From contig JAYSWN010000077.1 in NCBI GenBank assembly GCA_043718025.1, positions 1 through 34,838 of the forward strand: a stretch of 34,838 nt of DNA. Reading direction: 5' to 3'. The notes beneath the pieces are model-generated. The model was not told the DNA's origin. It did not search any database and saw only the letters and a list, made by a program, of their open reading frames with translations. This stretch comes from Pseudomonadota bacterium (lineage in GTDB: Bacteria > Bdellovibrionota > FAC87 > UBA2466). The position numbers and the translations under genes were made by a program. The stretch's first letter is position 1. Each line of letters begins with the position of its first letter. This document shows positions 27,229-34,838 of the stretch, piece after piece.

Positions 27229-27894
27229 TCATTGCGGACGCATTACAATGTCGAAGGTTCCCCGCTTCGCCTTTTGGCCCACCACCGACGTGAAATCGAC
27301 CAACAGAGAGCTGGGCACTTTCTCTTTATCGTTCCAAAACTTTACGAACTTGGCGGTGGCCGGGTCTTCAAACGTGCTGGGGCTAAAATACATTTGGGTG
27401 GTGAGCGACAGAAATCCCTTCGCGTGGGTTTTGAAATGGATGTGCGGGGGGCGGTAAGTGGTGGCTGAAGTGGGGTAGTAGCCGGGCACGATAGTTTTAA
27501 ATTTATAGCTGCCGTCGACCCCCGTACGGGCACGGCCCCAGTACTGGAAATTGGGGTCTAACTCTAAGGCGTTGGGATCATCAGAGTGGCTATATTTGCC
27601 GCTGTGGCAGGCTTGCCAGATTTCAACCAAAGCGCCGGCGATGGGCTTGCAGTCTTTGCCGGTTAACACTTTTCCGGTGACGTAGATCACGTTGCCCTTG
27701 GCCACGGGGTTTCCACCGTGGATCTGCACCAGGTCGCTGTCGCGTTCTAAATCACCTTCGGGGTAGTACGGGCCTTCCCCTTGGGGCGGCGTGATGCCGC
27801 ATATCGCGGCCAGGGTGGGCGAGCTGGCCAAGAGGGTGGTGAGCCCTCCGCCCATTTTCATTCCGTAACTTAAAAAGTTTCTTCGGCTGATCAT
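27229..27894 (-). CDS. Tat-exported intradiol ring-cleavage dioxygenase family protein
   Basis: SRRNFL twin-arginine signal behind AGGAG. EGPYY, VEIWQA..G.Y, PGYY, RPPHIHF (2 Tyr + 2 His iron ligands). Confidence 0.9.
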   Translation of the reverse strand: MISRRNFLSYGMKMGGGLTTLLASSPTLAAICGITPPQGEGPYYPEGDLERDSDLVQIHGGNPVAKGNVIYVTGKVLTGKDCKPIAGALVEIWQACHSGKYSHSDDPNALELDPNFQYWGRARTGVDGSYKFKTIVPGYYPTSATTYRPPHIHFKTHAKGFLSLTTQMYFSPSTFEDPATAKFVKFWNDKEKVPSSLLVDFTSVVGQKAKRGTFDIVMRPQ

Positions 27895-28004
27895 TGAGTT
27901 TTCTCCTAAACCTAAATCCACTGTACGGAATTTTTGGAATAAGAAAAAATAGTTAAGATGGATGATTGTTATTACAAAAAGCTATGCCGCCGCTGGTGGC
28001 GGCC

Positions 28005-29207
28005 CTACGCCTTGGCCACGGGCAGCGATGATTCCGGCATTTCGGCCGGCGGGGCTTTAGTTTTTTCAGATTGATAAAAAACTCCGCGCTGAATGCAGTC
28101 AGAGATTTTTTTATGGCTCATTCCCATGCCGTTTAGCACCGAGAAGGTGTCGCCCCCCAGTTCGGGAGCGCCACGCAGCGAGGGGTTGGGTAGGTAACCG
28201 GCCCAAGTAAGCGGGTCGGTTGCAAATTGGGGGCGGGCCTGCGAAAAACCCAGGTGCTCATTCCACGGCACGACCCGGGTGAGGCAAACTTCGCGTTCGG
28301 CCACTAAGGCTTCCCAGTAAGATGCCGGGGCGTCGAGAAATAAAGTCTCTAGCTCGGCCACCAGCGGCTTGTCCCACATCCGGGATTTCCACTCTTCGCG
28401 ATCGACGACTTCGCAAAAGCTCTGCCAATGCTTTTCTTCAACGGCATTGAGTGCCACCCACTGCCCATCTCGGCAACGGTAAAAGCGGGAGTGGGGATAG
28501 CTACCGTCGAGCGATTTATTGGTTCCAAAGTCATCGCGCTGGTCTTCCGGCAACGCTTCGGCCTTAAATGAGTCAAAGGCACGGTGAAGAAAGAGCGTGC
28601 GTACCCCTTCATCCATGTTGGATATCAAATGCATTCCTCGTCGGTCGGGGTTAGCCAGGTGAGAAAGTAACTTTATGGCTGGAACTAACGTGCCGCCGAC
28701 GATGTCGCCAATTTGCGTGCTGTAGTTTGGGATGCCATTTTCAATCCACCATTCGCCGACCCCGGAGTTGGCAACAAAGTTCATGTCGTGTCCGGCCTTT
28801 TTCCCTTTTTCGCCCGCGAAGCCACGCAGTGAGACGTAAAGGAGGTCGGGATTTTTTTCGGAGAGCTCAGCGTAGCCAAGTCCCAGCTCGTCCATTACCC
28901 CGTCCCTGAAATTCTCGATGAAGACGTCGGATTCGACAATCAAGCTGTGGAGGAACTCGATGGCGTCTTTTTGCTTTAGATCCAGCGCCAACGACCGTTT
29001 GCCCTGGTTCATCAGCTCAAAGGCGGCAGAATGGGGCATCGTTCTAAGCGGATCGCCCACCGGGGTGCCCTCGATTTTTACGACGTCGGCCCCGTACTGG
29101 GCCAGAATTCGGGTCAGGTAAGGCCCCGGTAGCATCACCGTCATGTCGATAATGCGCAGGTGTTGTAGCGGTTTTTCTGGCTCGTCGTTCCAAAGGATGT
29201 TGGTCAT
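28005..29207 (-). CDS. Family III CoA transferase / alpha-methylacyl-CoA racemase-like (CaiB/BaiF)
   Basis: LPGPY...GADVVKIE, NQGKRSLALDLK, ENFRDGVMDELGLGY, GHD, APELG. Confidence 0.92.
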   Translation of the reverse strand: MTNILWNDEPEKPLQHLRIIDMTVMLPGPYLTRILAQYGADVVKIEGTPVGDPLRTMPHSAAFELMNQGKRSLALDLKQKDAIEFLHSLIVESDVFIENFRDGVMDELGLGYAELSEKNPDLLYVSLRGFAGEKGKKAGHDMNFVANSGVGEWWIENGIPNYSTQIGDIVGGTLVPAIKLLSHLANPDRRGMHLISNMDEGVRTLFLHRAFDSFKAEALPEDQRDDFGTNKSLDGSYPHSRFYRCRDGQWVALNAVEEKHWQSFCEVVDREEWKSRMWDKPLVAELETLFLDAPASYWEALVAEREVCLTRVVPWNEHLGFSQARPQFATDPLTWAGYLPNPSLRGAPELGGDTFSVLNGMGMSHKKISDCIQRGVFYQSEKTKAPPAEMPESSLPVAKA

Positions 29208-29283
29208 AAGTAGCTTATTCTAACCCGAGCTGAAAAAGATGAGTACCCTTGTCGCATCCGCCTCTATTGGGTAAAAGGTGGGG

Positions 29284-29664
29284 ATGCAAAAATATGCGTT
29301 TTACAAGGTGGCCGTTGGGTTCCGAGCCCTTCTCGCTCTGGTTCCCCTCACTGCCCTGAGTTTCGGGCTGCTACTTACCGGTGGGTGTGCCTCCACCGAG
29401 CTTATTGAATCCCCCAAAACCGCCTTCGTGGCCGAGGGGGGCGAGTCCAAAGACCCTCAAGTTGTCTGGACCAGCCGCACTTTGGGCAAGAACTTTGACT
29501 ATTTGGGGCTGGTTAAGTCCCGGTCGTGGTCTTATGACGCCGCGTTAGAACGACTGGTGGCCGGCGGGCGTGAGCTTCGGGCTGACGCCATCGTCGATGT
29601 TCATTTTCGGCAGGTGGGTTTTCTCACCGCAATGGAAGCTTTTGCCATCAAGTACAAGCCTTAA
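29284..29664 (+). CDS. Small lipoprotein, YbjQ-like domain
   Basis: Lipobox TGGC. LGLV...ALERLVAGGRELRADAIVDV. Start at 29278 or 29284. Confidence 0.65.
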   Translation: MQKYAFYKVAVGFRALLALVPLTALSFGLLLTGGCASTELIESPKTAFVAEGGESKDPQVVWTSRTLGKNFDYLGLVKSRSWSYDAALERLVAGGRELRADAIVDVHFRQVGFLTAMEAFAIKYKP

Positions 29665-29675
29665 GGAGTCCAAAG

Positions 29676-30767
29676 TTGAGTTCCCTCAAAAAAATTGCGC
29701 TCGTAACCGGCGGTGGCGATTGTCCCGGCCTAAACGCAGCGATTCGGGCCGTCGTGCAAACGGCTACTTTAGAGTACGGAATTCAAGTCTTGGGTGTGCC
29801 CGACGGCTTCCGCGGACTTTTAGAAAATAAATTTATTCCCTTAGACATCAATAACACCAACGGCATTTTTGCTAAGGGGGGAACGATTTTGGGTTCGTCC
29901 AACGTCGACACCCCATTTTCTGTCCCGCGCATGAAAGATGGAAAAAAGGTTTACGAAGACCGTTCCGATGAGGTGATGGAGTACCTTAAGGCCGAACACA
30001 TCGAGGCAATGATCGTAATCGGTGGCGACGGCACCCAGGCTATTGCCCACGGCATGGCCAAAAAAGGGTTGCGCATCATTGGCATTCCCAAAACCATCGA
30101 TAACGATTTAAACGGCACCGAGTTTACCATCGGCTTTTTTACGGCGGTGACCACCGCGGTAGAAGCTCTCGACAAATTGCACACTACGGCTGAGTCACAT
30201 CAGCGCATCATGGTGGTGGAAGTGATGGGGCGCAATGCCGGTTGGATTGCCCTGTTTGCGGGCTTAGGCGGCGATGCCGATGTGATCTTAATTCCCGAGA
30301 TTGATTTTGACCTGACCAAGGTGGCGGCCCGTTTGAACGACTTACACCATCAGCGCAAACGTTATTCTATCGTCGTAGTTGCCGAAGGGGCTAAGTCGGT
30401 AGGCGGCGAGCTTACCGTGTCGCGCATTATCGAGGATTCGCCAGAAAAAATTCGTTTGGGCGGCATTGCTCACCGGGTGGCGGCTGATTTAGAAGAGCTG
30501 ACCGGACGCGAATCGCGCGCCATTGTGCTTGGCCACCTTCTTCGCGGCGGCTCTCCGGTTGGTTTCGATCGCATTTTAGCCAGCCGTTTCGGAGTGGCCG
30601 CGGTGAAGGCATTAGTGGATGGGCACGGTGATACCATGGTGGCCTACCGCAACGATCACCTTGAGCTGGTCCCTTTAGAAACCGGGGCGGGAAAGAATCG
30701 TTTTATTCCCACCGACTCCACCTTCTTAAATGCGGCCCGCAGCCGTGGTATTTCATTCGGCGATTAG
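29676..30767 (+). CDS. pfkA: 6-phosphofructokinase, probably ATP-dependent
   Basis: GGGDCPGLN, GGTILGS, GGDG (Gly rather than the Asp of PPi-type enzymes), PKTIDND, EVMGR. TTG start behind TAAGGAG. Confidence 0.95.
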   Translation: MSSLKKIALVTGGGDCPGLNAAIRAVVQTATLEYGIQVLGVPDGFRGLLENKFIPLDINNTNGIFAKGGTILGSSNVDTPFSVPRMKDGKKVYEDRSDEVMEYLKAEHIEAMIVIGGDGTQAIAHGMAKKGLRIIGIPKTIDNDLNGTEFTIGFFTAVTTAVEALDKLHTTAESHQRIMVVEVMGRNAGWIALFAGLGGDADVILIPEIDFDLTKVAARLNDLHHQRKRYSIVVVAEGAKSVGGELTVSRIIEDSPEKIRLGGIAHRVAADLEELTGRESRAIVLGHLLRGGSPVGFDRILASRFGVAAVKALVDGHGDTMVAYRNDHLELVPLETGAGKNRFIPTDSTFLNAARSRGISFGD

Positions 30768-30776
30768 GTTTTTAAA

Positions 30777-32390
30777 CTAACGAAACCGTTCCCAGTGAAC
30801 GTAGGGTGAGTCTTTGAGTAGCGCCATCCCTTTGCCCCGATAAGTCACTCCACGGTAGAGAGCGTTAGCGGCGCGAGAAATGTCGTCGTCGTACCACTTA
30901 GCGTGCTCAATAAAAGTGGGGCGCAGTTTAAGCACCGAGTAGCTCAGGTCATATTTATTGTGCCCGGGTAGGGTAATAAGCCCTTTTTCGTGCATTAAGT
31001 GGGGCGCGGTCCGCGCTACGTGCTTGTCGCACTTGCCCAAAAAGTCCACGGCCCGAATGTGCGGCAAATAATAAGGGAGTGCCCCGGCGCTAAACACACC
31101 AACGCTGGCGCCCGGCATTAGTACGTCGTTTAGGGCAATCGCCGTTTCAATAAAATGCAGATTCAGTTTGCGGCCCGGCGTGTCTTTTAAAGTCATCCAC
31201 GGATAAAAATCTTTGTTGTGCCACAGCGACAGCATCGCCACAAAAGCCACCACCGCTATTGATCGCTGCTTTTTGGTGATCGGCAGCGATTCAGAAAACA
31301 GGCGAGCTAAGAAAAAACCGACCGACAGAAAAACAAAGGGAAGGGTAGGAACCATTAGCCGCCACAAGCCCAAAAACGCATCGCCGCCGACCCATAGATG
31401 GTAGAGCGTGCCCAAAAAAACTAGAAAGAGGCTGAAGATTGAGATTAGCGGAAACGGCCCAAAGGCCGCTGAGGCCACGAGTAACAGCATCAAGAAGCCA
31501 GTTTGAACGTAAAACGGGATTAAAAATAAAAAGCCATTTTTAAGCGCGACCCAAAACGTGAGGCCCGATACCTTTAAGTAGTAAGTGTTGGGTAGCCATT
31601 CACCATAATAGGTTTTGCGAAACAGCAACTGGCCAAGAATGGCCGCGAGCAGAATACCCCCCACCAAAAAGGGTTGCCGCCGGGGCCATTGATTCCAAGA
31701 GAGCCAAACCAAACCAATCAATAGTGGAAAAATAAACACGAGGCTGTCGGGGCGGGTGAGGTAAGCGCTGGCCAGCATCAGCCCCAAGCTCACATCGCGT
31801 GCCCAGGGGTAAGCCACATTCACGGGCACCAGCAGGTTACGAACGGCCATCAACAGTAGCAGGGTTAAAAGCGTGGTTTCCATTCCCCCACCGGTCCAAA
31901 ACGCGAAGGGAAAATAGGAAAGGAGAAAAAACAGGGCAATGTCTTGGGCCCAGGCCAACTGCTGCGCATTGGACGACATTTTCTCGCCCCCCAAGTCTTC
32001 CATCAATTTGAGCATGGTGCGTGCGGTAAGCAGGGCAATGAATAGATTGAACAGTTGAAACAGTAGCGGCGCCAATCGCAGCGATGAAATCAGATGAATA
32101 GCCGTCATGATCAGGGTGACTAAAAAGTTGCTATACCCCTCGACGTACTCGCCGGGGTTCCACACCAGACCATGCCCATTGGCTAGGTGCCAGGCGTAAC
32201 GCATTGAAATCATGGCGTCGTCAAACAGCGAGTAGTAGCGCATTCCACCCGGGGCGGAGTACGAACTTTTAAAAATAAAAAGAAGCATCCACACCACAAA
32301 CCCAAGGATCAGGGGGATTCGCCAAGGTGTTCTCTGGCCGGTTCCACTGTGGTGGCTGCGAAAGCTAACTTTTTCGAGGGGGGTTGGCAC
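30777..32390 (-). CDS. Polytopic membrane GT-C-type glycosyltransferase (AftB-like N-terminal motif)
   Basis: DDAMISMRYAWHLANGHGLVWNPGEYVEGYS, GMET, TRPD, PNTYY.K, GGD. Confidence 0.7.
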   Translation of the reverse strand: MPTPLEKVSFRSHHSGTGQRTPWRIPLILGFVVWMLLFIFKSSYSAPGGMRYYSLFDDAMISMRYAWHLANGHGLVWNPGEYVEGYSNFLVTLIMTAIHLISSLRLAPLLFQLFNLFIALLTARTMLKLMEDLGGEKMSSNAQQLAWAQDIALFFLLSYFPFAFWTGGGMETTLLTLLLLMAVRNLLVPVNVAYPWARDVSLGLMLASAYLTRPDSLVFIFPLLIGLVWLSWNQWPRRQPFLVGGILLAAILGQLLFRKTYYGEWLPNTYYLKVSGLTFWVALKNGFLFLIPFYVQTGFLMLLLVASAAFGPFPLISIFSLFLVFLGTLYHLWVGGDAFLGLWRLMVPTLPFVFLSVGFFLARLFSESLPITKKQRSIAVVAFVAMLSLWHNKDFYPWMTLKDTPGRKLNLHFIETAIALNDVLMPGASVGVFSAGALPYYLPHIRAVDFLGKCDKHVARTAPHLMHEKGLITLPGHNKYDLSYSVLKLRPTFIEHAKWYDDDISRAANALYRGVTYRGKGMALLKDSPYVHWERFR

Positions 32391-32516
32391 GTTGCATCCG
32401 TTTCGCTTTAAGTCAGTACAATTTATTCGTACTGCGGCCTTAAAGAAACAATTGATTGCACCGGGGGGGGAACGTCGGTAAAAAGCGGTCTTATTATTTT
32501 TACGGAGAAACTCAAA

Positions 32517-33425
32517 ATGAAATCAACCCAAAAAACCTGGTTAGCGGTGGCCACCGTTATCGCCATCACTCTAGCCGCTTGTGGCAAGTCTAAACTTACC
32601 GACGAACAAAAGGGCAAAGTGCAAAAGCTGGCCCGATCCACCACCCAAGGGGTGAGTGCCACTTTCGAAGCCAGTAAACCAGCGCCGGCCGGCCGTCCAG
32701 CCCGCGCCACCTCCGCGGCCGCCAATGGAGAAGCGGTTCAGCGCACCGAAATGGTAAACAAAATTCGCGCTGGCCGTTGCAACTTTGAAATGACGCCACG
32801 GGATTTTGAAAAGCAACTGGGCAAGCTAACGTCCCCTACCGATGTGAAAGAGATTTCATTCAGTGCCTCGGGATCCACGTGCCCGGTATTTGCCGAGATG
32901 AAAATTAACGTCAATCTCGATAAAGAGCAAAATGGCAAAGTCACTTTCCAGCTGCTTTTCGAGGTGAAAGACCCCGAAATGAAGAAGTTAAGCGACGTCA
33001 CTAAACTTAGCTTGAATGGTGAATTTTCGGTTTCCGGCAGCGCCGAGTCTAAATCCGTTTCGGCGAGCATGAAGGGCGAAATTGTTTCGACCGAATTTGG
33101 CGTGGTGGCGTTGAATTTCAGCTTTAGCGGCAATACGGCGGGCAACTCCGAATTTTCCGTCACCGCCAAATACCCTGACTTTGAATTCAGCATCGACGGC
33201 AAGAGCGATGGTAAAACCAACTCGATTCGCCTCAATGGTGAAGAGACCACCCCTGAGAAACTCCAAGAGTTTTTTGCCGACTCGATGAAAGAGAGTGGCT
33301 TGAGCGCGCCTAAGGGGCCGTCGCCAATTGGTTCGGGACCGGGGTTTGGTGGAAGTGGCGCCCGGGCTCAGCGTGCGGTGGTGCAACCCGATGTAAACTC
33401 GATCTTTGCGCCTTGGCGTAATTAG
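32517..33425 (+). CDS. Lipoprotein of unknown function
   Basis: GGAG SD, lipobox LAAC, beta-rich 302-aa body, strong terminator. Confidence 0.85.
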   Translation: MKSTQKTWLAVATVIAITLAACGKSKLTDEQKGKVQKLARSTTQGVSATFEASKPAPAGRPARATSAAANGEAVQRTEMVNKIRAGRCNFEMTPRDFEKQLGKLTSPTDVKEISFSASGSTCPVFAEMKINVNLDKEQNGKVTFQLLFEVKDPEMKKLSDVTKLSLNGEFSVSGSAESKSVSASMKGEIVSTEFGVVALNFSFSGNTAGNSEFSVTAKYPDFEFSIDGKSDGKTNSIRLNGEETTPEKLQEFFADSMKESGLSAPKGPSPIGSGPGFGGSGARAQRAVVQPDVNSIFAPWRN

Positions 33426-33450
33426 ACCTGAAATTACGGTTGCTAATTTT

Positions 33451-33488
33451 AAACCGGCCCCTCTCGCTGAGAGGGGCCGGTTTTTTTT
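33451..33488 (+). terminator. Rho-independent terminator
   Basis: CCGGCCCCTCTC-GCT-GAGAGGGGCCGG followed by T8. Confidence 0.93.
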
Positions 33489-33515
33489 GTGTCCTCCTCC
33501 CCCATTAAGCTATTT

Positions 33516-34838
33516 TGTGATTTTTGAGCGATACGGTCGCCCTAATTCCCCAGCGACTTTGTCGCCCCGTTGGTAATTTATCGGTTGTTTAGCAAGCTTT
33601 GCGGAGTAACGGTTCGAAATTGATTTCGTTGAGCTGGATGGGGCTATTGGCGAAGTAAGCTTTCCAAGTCAGATCCTGGTAAGTCCTGATTTCGATTTTT
33701 TGTCGGTAGATTGAGTATTTTAGCGGCGAGGTCAGGCCGTACTCGACCCCGTCCCACGTCAGAGTGTGGTCGCGCTTCACCGTACGATACTCTTTGAGGC
33801 AGAGTACCTCTTTGAGATCGATCGTCTGGGGCAGTGGCGTGTAGCGCGACTCAAGCGACTTTGGCGGTTGGGTGTTTCTCATTTTCCAGTAGTTGGGCAA
33901 AAACTGATTTTGCAGAAAGTCATTTGCGGCGGGCATGCGGTGAATATTTCTCAAACGCATCTCTGGCATGATTCGATCCTGAATCGTGCCCCAGGCCCTT
34001 TCTATTCTGCCTTTGGCTTCGGCGGAGCCAGCGAAGATGATTCTAATTCCTAGCTCCTCGGCGGCCCGCCTAAATTGATTGAAGTGAGATCTCTTGCCGC
34101 CGCCGAGGCACCCCGCCTCATCGACGTATAGGGCGTATGGGACGCCTTTTTTCTCGATGATTTTTTGCAGCACGGTCATGCAGTTAATCGTGTCCTCGGA
34201 GAGGAAAAATTCTCCGTAGGGAATATCGCTCGTGGCGTCGTCGATGGCGGCAATTAAACACCACTCGTCCTTGCCGTTGTAGCGGTGGGGGCTACCGTCC
34301 ATTTGGAGGAGTAGGCCTTCGCTCTGCATTCGCGATCGGCGATAGCGGGCAATAGCTTTTCTTCGCTTGGCCCGCTTAACAAGTTTCGCCTCGTGGCACC
34401 AACGCCTGAGCGTTTCATAGCCCAGATCGATTCCTTGCTCTGCTTTTAGTTTTTCTAAGCAGTGTGTGATGTTGAAATCAAAGTATCGCTGCCTAACCAG
34501 TTTCATCACCGTGGCTTTTAACTCTTCATTTTTCTTGTTCCACGGATCACGATTCCGATTTCCGTGCACGCTCGCCAACATGCCTTTGGCTTCGATTCGG
34601 CGGGCGATGCGGGTTATGGTTCGTTCCCTTACTTCCAGAACATCGGCGGCCTCCTTGCGATTCAATTTCCCATTCAAAAAGTCTGACACAGTACGGTAAA
34701 CCAGCTGGCCTTGCTTACTCATGTAGATCCCCTCGTCCATAACGCCCCCAACTCATGATGAATTTCAGAGGCTTAGTTTAGTGGGGGGCGACATTTTCGC
34801 TGGGGAAAAGGAGGGCGACAAAGTCGCCGGGTATTCAC
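33516..34838 (-). mobile_element. IS1202-group (ISNCY) insertion sequence, about 1.32 kb
   Basis: Imperfect ~53-bp inverted repeats at 33516-33568 (TGTGA...GCGATACGGTCGCCCT...TCCCCAGCGACTTTGTCGCCCC) and 34785-34838 (reverse complement GTGA...GCGACTTTGTCGCCCT...TCCCCAGCGAAAATGTCGCCCC) around a DDE transposase. Confidence 0.85.
33589..34740 (-). CDS. ISNCY/IS1202-family DDE transposase
   Basis: N-terminal HTH, HGNRNR, LLQMDGSPH, IDDAT, ALYVD, AKGRIERAWGTIQDR. Reading frame intact. Confidence 0.92.
   Translation of the reverse strand: MDEGIYMSKQGQLVYRTVSDFLNGKLNRKEAADVLEVRERTITRIARRIEAKGMLASVHGNRNRDPWNKKNEELKATVMKLVRQRYFDFNITHCLEKLKAEQGIDLGYETLRRWCHEAKLVKRAKRRKAIARYRRSRMQSEGLLLQMDGSPHRYNGKDEWCLIAAIDDATSDIPYGEFFLSEDTINCMTVLQKIIEKKGVPYALYVDEAGCLGGGKRSHFNQFRRAAEELGIRIIFAGSAEAKGRIERAWGTIQDRIMPEMRLRNIHRMPAANDFLQNQFLPNYWKMRNTQPPKSLESRYTPLPQTIDLKEVLCLKEYRTVKRDHTLTWDGVEYGLTSPLKYSIYRQKIEIRTYQDLTWKAYFANSPIQLNEINFEPLLRKAC

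Noticed and set aside
33489..33515. XerC/XerD (dif-like) site next to the IS end
   Set aside because: No resemblance to the 11-6-11 dif consensus.
1076..34699. Numerous 60-175-aa ORFs antisense to or overlapping the called genes
   Set aside because: Shadow ORFs with no recognisable motifs, lying within well-supported CDSs.
1..34838. CRISPR array, tRNA, rRNA, prophage or known defence system
   Set aside because: No regularly spaced repeats, cloverleafs, rRNA signatures, phage genes or recognisable defence proteins were seen by eye.

Overview
A bacterial chromosomal window of roughly 50-55% GC (by eye). The gene content suggests a Bdellovibrionota/Oligoflexia-like organism, which is inference only. 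About 26 real CDSs are present, many of them exported proteins or lipoproteins: an 848-aa Ig-like lipoprotein, a 1155-aa transglutaminase-like protein, an S1/P1 nuclease, a 989-aa lipoprotein with two Ig+SPRY units and a permuted-papain-like protein. The window also holds five glycosyltransferases (2 GT2, 1 GT4, 2 probable GT-C), azlCD, an ArsS-type radical SAM gene, LysR, FHA and TPR-HTH regulators, a Tat-exported intradiol dioxygenase, a family III CoA transferase, pfkA, and an IS1202-like (ISNCY) element running to the window end. No rRNA, tRNA or CRISPR array was seen. Signals the ORF track misses: (i) a divergent TPR-HTH / SPRY-lipoprotein pair sharing a perfect 14-bp palindrome, followed by a degenerate FHA gene and an unannotated 29-aa membrane peptide (best candidate for an undescribed system); (ii) an ~85-bp diverged direct repeat bracketing a one-gene insertion between two glycosyltransferases; (iii) a PiT-transporter C-terminal remnant in frame behind the arsS TGA; (iv) a sigma54-type promoter with GTC-N8/9-GAC boxes that recur upstream of the FHA gene; (v) a frameshifted, truncated HNH-family pseudogene. 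All family calls come from reading motifs by eye; no database search was run.
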